Of a stretch of 48,622 bases of DNA, positions 37,450 through 48,622 are shown one piece after another. The translations under genes were made by a program, and so were the position numbers. The notes beneath the pieces are model-generated. The model searched no databases, had not been told where the DNA came from, and saw nothing but the letters and a program-made list of their open reading frames with translations. Location: NCBI GenBank assembly GCA_036172245.1, contig JAYWIR010000078.1, positions 310,001 to 358,622 of the forward strand. The letters are read 5' to 3'. This DNA is from Raillietiella orientalis. Lineage: Eukaryota. The stretch's first letter is position 1; the number at the start of each line of letters is the position of its first letter.

Positions 37450-38150
37450 CTCACATAATGGCGCGCGCGGGACACAGGACTCCAGAGATGGAATGTGTGC
37501 GCGGTGGGCCTTGAATTGGCTGAACACGTGCGGAGGGAAGCAGCATCTCGCGATCGTGATGGGAGGTGCGCTGCATGGATGGCCTAAAGGAACGGGTCAA
37601 GTGCTCGCCGCCGGCCGCATCGCATCCGAAATCCCATGGTGTGGCTGCAGCACGCGTCCCCTGTTGACAGGGTGGGTGACGGGCTTGACCGAGCATATGG
37701 TGAGAAAGGGCGTTGCAGTGCATTGGCTCACGATTGCACGAGTCATTCGGAAGCTCCATCCTGGTCCATCGCGTCTGCGGAAAGTACAGCTCCGGCATCG
37801 CAGGAATGGCTCGCAACAGAGTGAGTGGATGCAGCAGCATAGGGGAGGCATAGGCACTGGCATTTCTCATAGACAAAAAAGAAACACAGGGAGCATGCTA
37901 GCCAAGGAACGCATTCCACTGCATCCCGGGGCAAAACGCGCACGGACTGGACCGCCGAGGAAAGCCAACCAAACCGGCCGGCTCCCGAAGCAGCGAAGGA
38001 CCGCAGCTGCGGCGAACGCGCTCTCTTGCAGTCGCGAGAGCAGTCTTCCTGGATGGCTGCAGATGCTCCCCTTGGAGTTGTCGGCAGATGGTGTCCTGGA
38101 GCACCAGCCGCCTGCTGTATGAATGCAACGTTTTGCGAACCTCGCCTTGC
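37450..38150 (-). mobile_element. Decayed non-LTR retrotransposon reverse transcriptase
   Basis: Ordered degenerate RT motifs on the minus strand: GGWCSR...NSKG, HPGRLLS, RARFAPGCSG (~Q.GF.PG.S), LCCCIHSLCCEPF (~fiDl..AF), HPVNRGRVLQ (~V.RGV.QG), with stops. Confidence 0.45.
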
Positions 38151-38789
38151 AGTCGTAGGGGGAGACCGCATCAAGCCTAGAAGGGGTGGTACGTCGCCTT
38201 GAACTGCCCGCACCCAATGGTTCCTGTGAGCGCGTTGCCGACGTTTGTGGCTGATGAGTGACGACTTGGAGGGGAGGTGGGAAGCGCCGCTAGACCTGAA
38301 CTCCGCCGCCGGCGTCCATGATTGCACGGATCGAGGATCGGTTCCGCCTTCCTGCATCATTGCCCTACAATGATGTCGTCGCTGATGCGTTCCTGGGGCG
38401 GATTTGGCACCTAATACCGAAGAATTCCAATCCCGAAGCTGTAGTTCATCATCCATTGAGGAAGTTTCATGTGTTGTGTTGGAAATGAGATTCTTAGCTC
38501 AGCAGATTGCAGAAAAGGATGCTGGCAATTAAAAACAGTGGAAGAATAAAGGAACAAATACAAAAAAGGAAATTCGACTTAGGAGGAAGTGTGTTAAATG
38601 GATGGACAACTGCACGGAGGTAATCCGTAAGGGTTCAAAGGGGCTGTGCTGCTGTTTCTGCACTGGGCGCTCCAGTGCAGTCACCGCCCAAACCTCGTTT
38701 CCGTGGTAACTGCATCCCCGAACTGTTCCAAGTGCAGGTCGGAGGAAGCTATCTCGCAGCTGTTGTCTTTGGACTGCGGTGCCCTATAC

Positions 38790-39010
38790 GAACTTTGGAG
38801 GAGACCGACTTTAGCTCTCGAGAACCAAGAGGGCATTGGTCGTTACCTACTGCGGGGGTTCATCTTGCTCGGTGGACTTCCGACAGGAGCAGCGATTTCA
38901 ACGATGGATGGTTGCGTCTCCCACCGCCGTCACGGTCCGCCACGTCTTGGAATGGGAAGGGGAGCTAAGGGAGACCTTCCGCATGGCAGCCGCCTACATG
39001 AAGACAGTTG
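38790..39010 (+). mobile_element. Possible 3' end of an I-group LINE ORF2 (zinc-knuckle region)
   Basis: Across three frames: EETDFSSREPRGH / GFILLGGLP / VTVRHVLE, resembling 'E..lsRlRiGH..g.lL.g...lTv.Hil.eC'. Confidence 0.3.
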
Positions 39011-41414
39011 GATCCCACCCGCAAGGGAATGTCGAAGCAGAGATCGGTGGATTCAGAGCCGGTTCCGGGAGGAAGGAACTACCGAAGTCAAAGACCCCTG
39101 TCCACACCCTTCCTTTTTTATCAGTTTGGTCCTTCCATCCCGTTCCAAGAATTTTCCCGGTGTTTGAGAAGGAACAGTAAAAGCCAAAGACTCTCGCCCC
39201 TGGTACTCCGTCCTCTTCCATTTTCATCTCCTTGCCCACCCATTCCGGACTCCTGTGGTGACTGACCTATGTGTCGATGACATCCTCCCTTGAAATTCTT
39301 TTTGTCTTGTTGCGGATATTGGTTGTTCCCAATAGGTTCATTTGTTGTTGTTGTTTTTCTGAACCAACGTTCCAGCGTGGACGGGTTATAAATCTCGCAG
39401 GCCTCACCAGCTCTCTTATCTCTCTTTTTCTTCCGCAGCAAAGCATGCTCTCGAACCCTATCAAGATGTTCTTCAGCTGCGGAGGCTGCGTGCATTCAAT
39501 TCTGAAAAGAAGGGAGGGTAAAGAGAACTGCTCTCCATCAGTCTTGCGTTCCTTTGGGAGCAGCTACAAGAATATCACTGAAAAGCGCTGATGATGATCA
39601 CGTCTGACGGAGCTCTAGCCGCTGGAGTCTCCCAAAAGTGAGGTTATCTTTTGGGAGCTACAATGCAATCCCTTGGAAGATTTTCCTTACCTTTTCACTT
39701 GTAGCATGCATCCGAGTCGTGATCCTTCTCGTGAAGCCGCGAGCTAAGGGATGGAAGAGAGAAGCGGACACGTTTCGGTTCCGGAGATCGACAGCCCGGT
39801 GAGGTGCTGACTGAGGGCTTCCTGCCGGAGTGCATGGTCTGTCGAACTGGTCGCACAGTCCTCCAGATCCAAAAGCTATGCCTGGAGTAAGCTTTGAGGA
39901 AAGTGGCACCGAAATTGCTTGCGGATGCTGTTAGTGACCGATCGAGTCCCTAGAAAGCACCCACGCAACGAGGAAATGCGATGCTCTCTCCCAAAGAGGC
40001 AGTCCTATTCCTCCTCTCTCCCCATTTGCATTCAAGCGAGTTAGCATGTCATGAACACACCTTTGTCTTCCATTTCTGTTCATATCTCTATCGTTTGACA
40101 AGCGGCAGGCAACCCTCGCCATTACGCGAGGATTGCCTGCAGAGGGACGCAAAAGAGGCAAAACCGTTGTTCGCCTCCGGGGTAGAGAAAAATTCAGCGT
40201 TCTCGGGATGGATATCATTTCGGCGTGGACTCAAGTCAGATGAAGACGGGGAAAGAAGATGGGGGAAGTCAGTAAAGAGAAGGTTCAGGAGGGAGGATTC
40301 GCTTTTCTCATGGTGGTGGATTCCCAATTCCCAATTCTCCACTATTTAGTGGATTCGTCGGTCGGAATTCCAGGGTCATTCCCCTCTCTTTGATGGTCCC
40401 ATCCACTGTTGCTGACTGTCAAGAGGAGGCCAGGATCCGCATTCCGCAAGCTGACGCGCTCCGTACGTGTTGGACTCGTGTGAGCTTGCTGAGTGCAACT
40501 CATTGGGACGCACGGCGCGTGCCAGAGCTCGGCCGGCCGCGAGTCCACTGCTTGGACGAGCCGTGCCTCGGCGCTTTGCATTCGGCTGTGTGGCGAAGCA
40601 AACCGAAACGCGTGAAAGACCGGTAAGTAGGGAAAGCGATCTCGTGAACGCGGTTTCAAGGAGGCTGAACCACGCCTGCCGACCCGCGAACACGCGCAAC
40701 GGATGCCGGCTTCTCTCGGATGCAACTGGCGCGCACCACCAACCAAGCTACGTGAAGGTCCACTCCTGGTCCCAAATGTCCACGGAATTTTCCCGTAAAA
40801 ACAGTTCGGGATCTCAAAAAGGCAGCAAAAAGATGAGGAGCACAGGCACACCTCAAGGCGATCTTCCTGGCGCAAGTCGGGTGTCCTCGTGCGTTTTGCC
40901 AAGCATCTCATGCAGGGCTTGCTGCGGCATTCCCACTTGCAATTCTTGAGTGGACACGAAAAAAATTCCAGCTGGAGCACGCAAAGTTCTCGGGGCAAAG
41001 CGCTTCCTTTCGTGAGCACAGCGACCGGAAGTGGCGAGCTCGAAGAGTTTCTGAGCTGTCTTGGGAAATCATTGCTCTGATCGCGCTCTCGCATCTTGAT
41101 TGAAACTCGGAATTTTCCACTGTGCCGCGAATGCGTTCGACTTATTCCTGCTTTCAGGTAAGGCAAGGATAGAAGGGAAGGTGCTGAGCTGCAGCAGCTG
41201 ATTCTCCCTGGAAATCTGTGGACTCGATTCATCCCTCATGACCTGCGTTCCAGATCATCACATCATTCAGATTTCACAACGAAACGATTTCGGAGTCCTC
41301 TTCAGAGGAGCAGCAATGAGCAGTCCCCTTGGAAGTGCCCTCCGTAGAAGAAATTTTAGCAGAGAATCCTTTCCGGGCTCCCTTTGGAGAACAAATAATG
41401 GAGTGACCTTCTCC

Positions 41415-41586
41415 GGAGGTCTCTCCGGAGAGAACAAGGAAGAGGTTCCCTTGGGGGTTTTCTTTCAAATTCCCCTCCGAAGAGTGCGAGAAGAATGAAC
41501 ACATTCATCCGAAGCCTTCCTGGATTTGTAGGGTGGTCCCCTCTCGGGGTGTCCCCTATCCTGAAGAGTTGACACGCACCCTCGGG
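41415..41586. repeat. Dispersed ~175-bp repeat (second family), copy 1
   Basis: GGAGGTC.CTCCGGAGAGAA.AAGGAAGAGGTTC and CCCCTAT..TGAAGAGT.G.CACGCACCCTCGGG are shared with 45540-45716. A weaker GGTCCCTCCGGAGA match lies near 220-235. Confidence 0.75.
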
Positions 41587-43199
41587 AGGCGCGGACAGCG
41601 CTAATGAGCTCTGTGAGCCACCAAGTGAATTGTTCTTCGGTACTAAGCGAACCAAGAGAAAGAAAACCCGAAAAAAAAAGAACTGAAAGGAAAGCAGCGA
41701 AAGCTGAAGAACGTCAAAAAAATTTCCAGCATCCCTGACCAATGATAATGATATCTTCGCGAGGTTTGCTACTGGTCTCATAAAAAAAAGACATGCTTTA
41801 CAGAGAATTCCCGCGGATTTTCGAAAGAGCTGAAGACATTCAGAGGGATGACCAAGTAAGGTGGTCTGGAATGGTCGAACAAGCGTGATGGAACGCGAGT
41901 CACAAAAGTTTTCTGCCCTCTCAAGGAGTTGCCGATGGGTAGAAGCGTGAAAGAAGGTCGGATAATAAATTTCCTCCTTTCGGAGGCACAAAGTTATGAA
42001 AGAGGAACGAACCATTCAGCGGCTTAGAAACGAGTAAATGACAGAACAGCACAGGCAGACCTCAATGCTGCTGACTGTACAGGATGCTGACTTGTTGCCA
42101 GGGATGTCGTAAATTGGCTCCGTGATCGCATCGCCATCGATTTTTCGATTTTTCATGGAGTGGCAGGAGTCGGCACTTTAGCTGTTGGATTGGGACTCCC
42201 GTACGGCGTTCGCCGCTCTCACTGGACCTGGGAGGCTGTGGTCCTAAACTGCTGAAGGTGCGGATAACGGGAATCCCTCCCGCACTTACCCGGAGACTGT
42301 GTTGCCCCCCGGTCTCTGCGGCTGCGTTACGCAACGGCCCTTGGTGCACCGACGGGCAATCCCAGGGACGTGAGAAAGTGCCTCCTCGCGCGCGAAGCCG
42401 TTTCTCCTGCCGCCTCTCCAGCAGCTCTCTGCTGCTGCCTACGCGGAATTATGGCGGCTAGAGCCACGCGAGAGAAGCACGACGCGATAGGGACGCCATC
42501 TGCTTCGCCCTGTGCTTCCTGGTGGACGGCAGCATGATGGCCCCACTCGTGGCACACTCGGATGGAGCTTGCCGGTATCCTGCAAAGGATGGAGGGGACA
42601 CCCTCCAGCACCCGGTAATCCCTTTTCCAACCCTCTTAAGTTTTTGTGCATGTGTTTTTCTTGTTTTTTTTTTTTTTTTCGTTCGCTCCTTTTCCTTCGC
42701 AGCCAAGACGAACCTCGCTGGTCTGCGTACCGATAACTCGGCAGGTTCTGAACATTTGCGAGCGTTGTAGGACCGATTTCTTCACATCTCTGTTTTTTTT
42801 TTTTATAATAAACGCCCCGACGCTACCGGCTGTTTGCCAAGAATGGGATTTGACCGTCTTTCCGGAAGTCCTCCAGGCAGAAGTTGAACGCTCATGTCGA
42901 TGGCTGGTTTTCTAAACAGGGAAGCAAGAGATGAAAGCACCAATACTTTCGGCGATGCACTTGAAAATGCCGAGACAACCTTGGAAACATCAGAGTCGAT
43001 AACCATCGACGTCACCCAGATCCAGAGCAAGAATAGGATCAGAGGCGGCAGGAAATCGCCTCGAGTGAAACAGAACTGCAAGCGCCACTGATGGCAGCCA
43101 TGGTCAGTGTTCCGACCTCCACGGTGCTCGAAGGATTTGCGCCGCCTCGCAAATCCAAGGAAGTACGGACATGGCTGCTGATTGTGCGGGAAGTCCAAA

Positions 43200-43760
43200 T
43201 CGCTCAACGGAAGCTCCAAATTCAGGATGGAACTTCATTGCAAAGAAGCGATCACGCCGCCTCTCTCTCAGGGGCTGTTCCGGAAATGGAACAAGGGAGG
43301 AAAGTTAGAAGAGGGACAGCACTCTCCATTCGCAATCCGGAAATGGCGCTCATCAACAGATATTGGCGCTGCAATTGTAGGCCTCCATCCAAAATTCCAA
43401 CGGAAACTCAGACTACCAATGTAAAAGTTTTGCATGGCACTCCCCATCGGAAGCCCTGACTAGTAACGAACGTGGAACCATTCGATCAATACCGGAATCT
43501 TTTGCCAAGAGCAAACAGAAGACATGGGGCTCTCCTAAGACCAAAGGTCATGCATGAGGGACATGAGCAAGCGGTGCAGCTGACTCCATTGGAATCCAGA
43601 GCAATATTTTTGCCAGAAGAGTTCAGAGAATTCCCACAGCTGCGCTGTCTGTTGCTATTATTTTCTAGCCTTGTCGCATGAGAATGATGATCTGTGATTA
43701 CCGCAATATACTGCAGTCTCGTTTTCCATAAAACCTTTGCTGGCTTGCTGAGGCCATGTT
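43200..43760 (+). mobile_element. Decayed CR1/Jockey-like LINE reverse transcriptase
   Basis: CKEAITPPLSQGLFRK, NCRPPS (~NYRPIS), NLLP...HG, and AIYCSLVFHKTF (~iylDf.KAF) occur in order, with frameshifts. Confidence 0.45.
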
Positions 43761-44449
43761 CACTCTCGCCATCGTCCTAATTTGAGAGACTACTTTGGAG
43801 AAAGCAACGTTTGACGGAAAGAAGGGCAACTATTCCTGAACAGGGAGCAGAAAGTCATCCCATGAGTTCGGGTTTCCGATGACTGAAATGTTCACTCCGG
43901 CTGTACGTGCAGAGCGAAGAGACAGTTAAAACGACCGTGGCGCAAACGTTCTCTTTCAAGGCGGATGGTGCAAACTTTCGAATACATCTTTTTAGAAGCA
44001 GCAGTGTTCGAAGCCCTGCCTTTTCGCTTCTTCGCAATTGCAGGTCCTCTGCAAGAAGTGCGAATGTCAACTCTCTCGTTCGTATTGTACGGCCGCACTC
44101 TCCTAATGAGGCTGGGAAAGAATTTCCCGAAAGTAGCAGAGAGTGGATAATTGGCTTCTCTTGAAGAACATTTCTTGCTAGGACCAAAGCTCTCAGGGTT
44201 AAGAATACTTTCGTTCGAGTTTCCACTTCTTTCCGCCTGTATGATAAATACTCGAAGGTTCCTAATGTAATGCTTGAGTGTGGAAGCGCCAACCTCGTGA
44301 TGTGGGGGAGATGTAAGAAATGGTGATTATTCGTACAAACTGCAATCCCCCTGTCGATGAGGTAACCGGAAACCGCAAGTTTGAATAATTGAGACAGTCG
44401 GGAAGCGTTGTAACTTTAAATGAAGCGGTGATTGACAGTTGCATTTTCC

Positions 44450-44680
44450 TCCGGCATCGCGCACAGCCTTCCTTTCGGGGTTCTGAGGAGTACAGGTCAA
44501 GTAACACGGCCCATGGCCATCAAGCGTGCAAGCGGGAAGCCGTCTAAAAGCCAGTCCTTATTCATCGATCTTCCAAGCTGATGAGAAAACAAGGCTGGAT
44601 TCAGCGTAGACGAGTAGGTGTCGAACTGGTAACCTGTGTCTCAAGCATTGTGTCTCAATAAATGCGGCCTGATCAATCGA
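44450..44680 (-). mobile_element. LINE reverse transcriptase fragment
   Basis: VRHLLVYAESSLVFS (~hLlyADD.vl.s) followed by QNPERKAV (~iN..Kt.v). Confidence 0.35.
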
Positions 44681-45315
44681 AAAAGGCAACGGGAACAAAA
44701 ATTGGAACTTCATAATTTGCAGAAGTGATCTTCCAGAACTGAGGTGCTTCAGTTCATTTGGTGATTCTCAAGTTTCCATTCAGCGGAGAAAACATCTCCA
44801 CCTACCGCAAGAGCGAAAATACTGCAGAGTACCATCCACTCCAGATGAATCAGCTGATCCTTGCGAACACGGAGATCCTCCGTCAGGATGCTGGCGCTCC
44901 AGCACGTGTGTTTTGCAAGCAACTCATCGTTTTCTACAATCGCAATTTAATTTTTTCCCAGTGAATAAGGAGAGAATCAGCCAATCCACGGATCATGTGA
45001 AATATCGGTACCAATTTGGAAAGCTCAATCACTTTAGTACACGGGAAGAGTGATCGATGTTTTTCCTTAATGTGACGCCGCCTGGATTCAAAGATGGCAC
45101 GAAAGAGCAAACACTTGCTGCTTTGCCTACCTTGTGAGAGCACCCTCATTCTAGCGTCCCAGCTCATTGACACCTCGCATGTGTTCGGCAAAGGGGCCTG
45201 CCTGTGCGACCACGAAATCAACGGATGCACCCTGCTACTGCGAATGGAGGTGGCACGAATGGTGGTCTGCTCGTATAAATGACACTTTCTATGCAATGAA
45301 AAGCTCGCGTTGGCG

Positions 45316-45375
45316 GCCGTGTGACCGTGCGGTCTCCGTGCGTGGTACAATGAGTTGCGGGTTCGAACCCCCTCG
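45316..45375 (+). mobile_element. tRNA-derived SINE head or tRNA pseudogene
   Basis: A-box-like TGACCGTGCGG (45322-45332) and B-box GGTTCGAACCC (45360-45370) at Pol III spacing. No complete cloverleaf. Confidence 0.45.
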
Positions 45376-45539
45376 TGGAGGATCGACGCCGAGAATGGGG
45401 AATGCTTCTTGGCTTCGATTCTCCCGATAAGCCTCTAGATGAGCTGGCTGGCCTTTAGGGTGCGACACATGGATGGCTGAATTTGAGAATTGATGACCCC
45501 TTAAGGTTCTTCCACGAATCAAGGAGCCCGTTCCTTTCG

Positions 45540-45716
45540 GGAGGTCCCTCCGGAGAGAAAAAGGAAGAGGTTCTCCCCCAGTTCCCCTCGGAGACAACCA
45601 GGGTGAGGGTTTCCGAGCGGGAGAGGAACAAACTCCTTCCTCCGGAGCCTTTCTGAATTCACGGGTGCTCCCTCCGGGGTTGCCCCCTATGTTGAAGAGT
45701 GGCACGCACCCTCGGG
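45540..45716. repeat. Dispersed ~175-bp repeat (second family), copy 2
   Basis: Direct diverged copy of 41415-41586. Confidence 0.75.
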
Positions 45717-46379
45717 TGCCGTACACAGTGTTGAAGCGTTTTGCGCACTCCTCCTCTCCTAAGGAGCCGGACGGTTCCTGAGCATTTGGCAAACCGGAAA
45801 CGCTCGCATCCACCCGCAGGAATTTTCACGATGAAAACCGTGTCGATTTTCCCAGATTTCATACCACCAACTAGCTGTCTGGTCCACCGTGCTCTCCTGT
45901 TCCGGAGAGAGAAGTCAAAATTCGCGAGCATGTTATTAGCAGTGGTCGGCGACTGCTCCCGTGAATGCAGGAAGAAGATGGAAAAACTGCAATGCCATGC
46001 TTGCTTGCATTTGCTAGGTTCTCCGTGCTCGAAGGGAATGGCTGAGCACGTAACTACGCGAACGGTGGTGAGAAGACCGTTTGAAATAAATTGAGGTGTC
46101 GTTGCTCAGGTCCTCAAGCCGTGTTTCAACATTTGTCAGCAAGAATGTCATTTTGTGCACATGTGCATTGCGAACTCGGAGCACTCCGTTGCAAGTGCTC
46201 TCTCGTTATAGGGGTTTCCGAGGCGTTGGTTTCCACGTGAAGCAGAGCGCCTCGGGCTTTCGACTGGAGGGAAAATTCTCTTCCGACTAATGATATAGCG
46301 AGACATGAAACAGTTCAAGCGTTATGGTTGATTCGATGGCATCATTCGACATGCATGCACCGAAAGATGAAGGAGGATG

Positions 46380-47240
46380 CCAACACGGAAGTGCATGGCT
46401 TTACGGAGATCCTTAACAGTTTTCCGCCAGCTTCCGCCGCGCTGCCTCGAACAATCTGCATCGTTTCCCGTCCCAAAGGAGATCAATCCAATTCCACACG
46501 TGACGCGCACTTTACAACGACTGGAGTCGCACATCCAGGCTGGATAGCACGATGTATCCGTGCACGGCCGCCGCCAACTTTGGGAAACTTCTGTCGTATC
46601 ATGCCGAACTTTAAGTGACCCACGGCTGCCTCTTTTACAGATGATCATAGTGATGACTCATTTGGTGCTTCCACGGCCTTCCAGCCTTTTCTTTTCGGTT
46701 CGTTTTTCTTGGATCTCCAAGTAATCATGGACCGTTGATCCATATCATAGGAGCATCGGGGAGACCTGACAACGTCGCTTCATGGGAACTCACAAGTCTG
46801 TCATGCTGGCATGAGTTTTCTTCCTTCTCTTTGGAATTCTTCTCCGAACATTTACTATCGGCTGAACCCATGCTCAGATTCTGTTAGCATGGAGCTACCT
46901 GTCCACATCAGGCTACCAAAATCTCGTTGGAGTATTCGCCACCACCATCACCAAATCTGCGCAAACGCTCCAAAAGAGTCCTTGTGCAAACCACTGCTGT
47001 GAGCTCTTTCTCGACCATCCTCCTTGCGAGCACCTGGCGAGCACTCTCAGACAACGCAACTCTGGAGTGCCGGGAGGGCTTCGCTCTGGAGGACGAGTAC
47101 GGTCCTGGCGCTTTAGCGCCATTTGCCTTTGGCATCGGTAGCTTTCCTAAGTGAGTCGTTACCGATAATGCTGTGAGGATTCCGACTTCCATCGCTACCA
47201 TCTTGCATAAAGCAATCAACACCTCACATGAAATCTCATG
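46380..47240 (+). mobile_element. Possible heavily decayed LINE reverse transcriptase
   Basis: FTEILNSF...CIVSRPKGD, then GALAPFAFGI, then VTDNAV...LHKAIN, in RT order. Confidence 0.3.
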
Positions 47241-47899
47241 CCCATCTCTTCAGGTGCTATGTGATGCCCAATGTTTGGGTCGTCCCAGAGAGCCAGTTCC
47301 GCTCATCAAATGGAGGCTGCTAGGTGCTCGTGGATCGCAGGATCTCAACTTTAGCGTTTCGGAAGCCCTGACCTCTCACTTGAAGAATAGACCGAGGTCG
47401 CAAGGACTCCAAGGTCTGACCCTCCGCATCGACGAGCGCCAGGTATCTTCCGGTAAACCCTGGATGGAACCAGCCACCCCATCGGTCCAAGACCCTTTCT
47501 CTCTTACGTCCATTCTACAATGAGCCACCTGCAAGTTCGGATCGCTGCAGACCTCTACCAGAGTTTTCTCTGGCTGTTTCCTAGCAAGAAATGGTCCACC
47601 ATCTCGCATCACGGAGAGCGTAAAGCGGAGATTAGTCAACCCGAAACATCACTCTCGCAACTTCTGAGAAACAAGCAAGAAATTCACTTTGGGGATTAAG
47701 GCCACTCCCAATTTCGGGCAGGCCAATGGCACATTCTGTTTTGGCGCGAGCAGGGTCTCATTATTGCACACTGAAAATCTGTGCCATTACAGCGTTGTCT
47801 CGCGGATGCAGTCCAAGTCCACAATGTGTCCACAACTCGGCGACAATCCCTATGGAGATTTTCAAGCCTGCCACGCCAGTCCACCTCACGGCCATCAGC

Positions 47900-48416
47900 G
47901 CAAAAAAATCGAGTCCCTGAAGAGCTTCAAGAAATGCATGGCAGCAGCGTCCTGAGAGCTCGTGCACCGGGGATTGTGGTCAAGCTGCCCCTCCTTAATC
48001 CAAACAGTCTGCTCTGCATGAGACAGGACGAGAAAGAATATTTCTTCCACCGTTTCGATTCACTGGACCATGCCTTGACACCTGTTGTGGAAGGCAAAGC
48101 ACTTCTAGCCAAACATCTTGCTCACATTGATGCTGTCGACATAGAAGTTGGCACAGAAAATAACGAGTATTTTATCAACGCAGTAAGATAACTTGGACCA
48201 AGTAGGTCAGGAGTAAATTCAAAGGACAAGAGATCAGCAGACTGTCCATAATAGAGAGATGTCCGGGTGAATTGATGGGCATTCTAGTCCACGACGATCA
48301 GCATGAACTTCAGTAGTTGTTGCAGCTGGCCATAGAAAATGCCTCACCTCCGACAACCGAAGCCAGCACCCGAAATTCGGCGTTACCATACTTGGATGCA
48401 CTCCCAAACGTTGCAT
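47900..48416 (-). mobile_element. Decayed LINE reverse transcriptase (palm/thumb region)
   Basis: MQRLGVHPSMV...CWL...RGLECPSIHP, then SYCVDKILVI (~yaDD.lvi), then IETVEEIFFL...TVW...AMHFLKLF, with in-frame stops. Confidence 0.5.
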
Positions 48417-48622
48417 ACGTCCATTTGACTCATTCAGGGAAGCAACCTGCTGAACACAGCCAGAACCGGGAGTATCTTCGAGCCTGCTCGTTGGACACCT
48501 CTGCGTCCGTCAGCACGGACATGGAGTCCCTGCAAGAGGAGCGGGGCATCATCACACGTGGATTTTCACCTCGTTCCGATGAGAGCAAATGCAGAAAGCA
48601 TCACTCCAGAGAGCAGCAGCAA

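Noticed and set aside
37349..38122. 257-aa plus-strand ORF
   Set aside because: Better explained as the shadow of a decayed RT on the minus strand.
40342..41232. 296-aa minus-strand ORF and nearby plus-strand GTAAG donors (40623, 41158)
   Set aside because: No protein family recognised and no consistent exon chain could be built.
42284..42620. GC-rich minus-strand segment with an acceptor-like site (42580) and a GTAAGT donor (42289)
   Set aside because: All three frames have stops between the sites. It could be a UTR exon but is unsupported.
1..48622. CRISPR array, prokaryotic operon or non-standard genetic code
   Set aside because: No regularly spaced repeats; the genes are spliceosomal, translate with the standard code and end in TGA or TAG.

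Overview
Eukaryotic genomic DNA, probably from an arthropod (inferred from protein similarity and very short introns; species not identifiable). Four + strand intron-containing genes were assembled by hand with consistent GT-AG splice phases. (1) The 3' 14 exons of a RapGAP-BTB-BACK gene of the Drosophila radish type (506-16199; 5' end outside the window). (2) A complete YEATS4/Gas41 (21103-21919). (3) A complete eIF3f (25147-29453). (4) A five-exon ORF of about 245 aa resembling only the C-terminal (ERAP1_C-like) domain of M1 aminopeptidases, with no catalytic domain or room for one (32077-36920). The centre (~17-29.5 kb) is AT-rich, strongly CpG-depleted and poor in recognisable transposons. 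The large RapGAP introns and the right third are GC-richer and carry many decayed retroelement remnants, called from motif similarity read by eye. The most interesting items are the stand-alone ERAP1_C-like gene, a conservatively diverged copy of a BACK-domain exon inside the next intron, the CpG-free block, a 20-bp hairpin in eIF3f intron 1, and unexplained exon-like segments between YEATS4 and eIF3f. No CRISPR array, rRNA or intact tRNA was seen, and I cannot show a wholly new biological system from the sequence alone.
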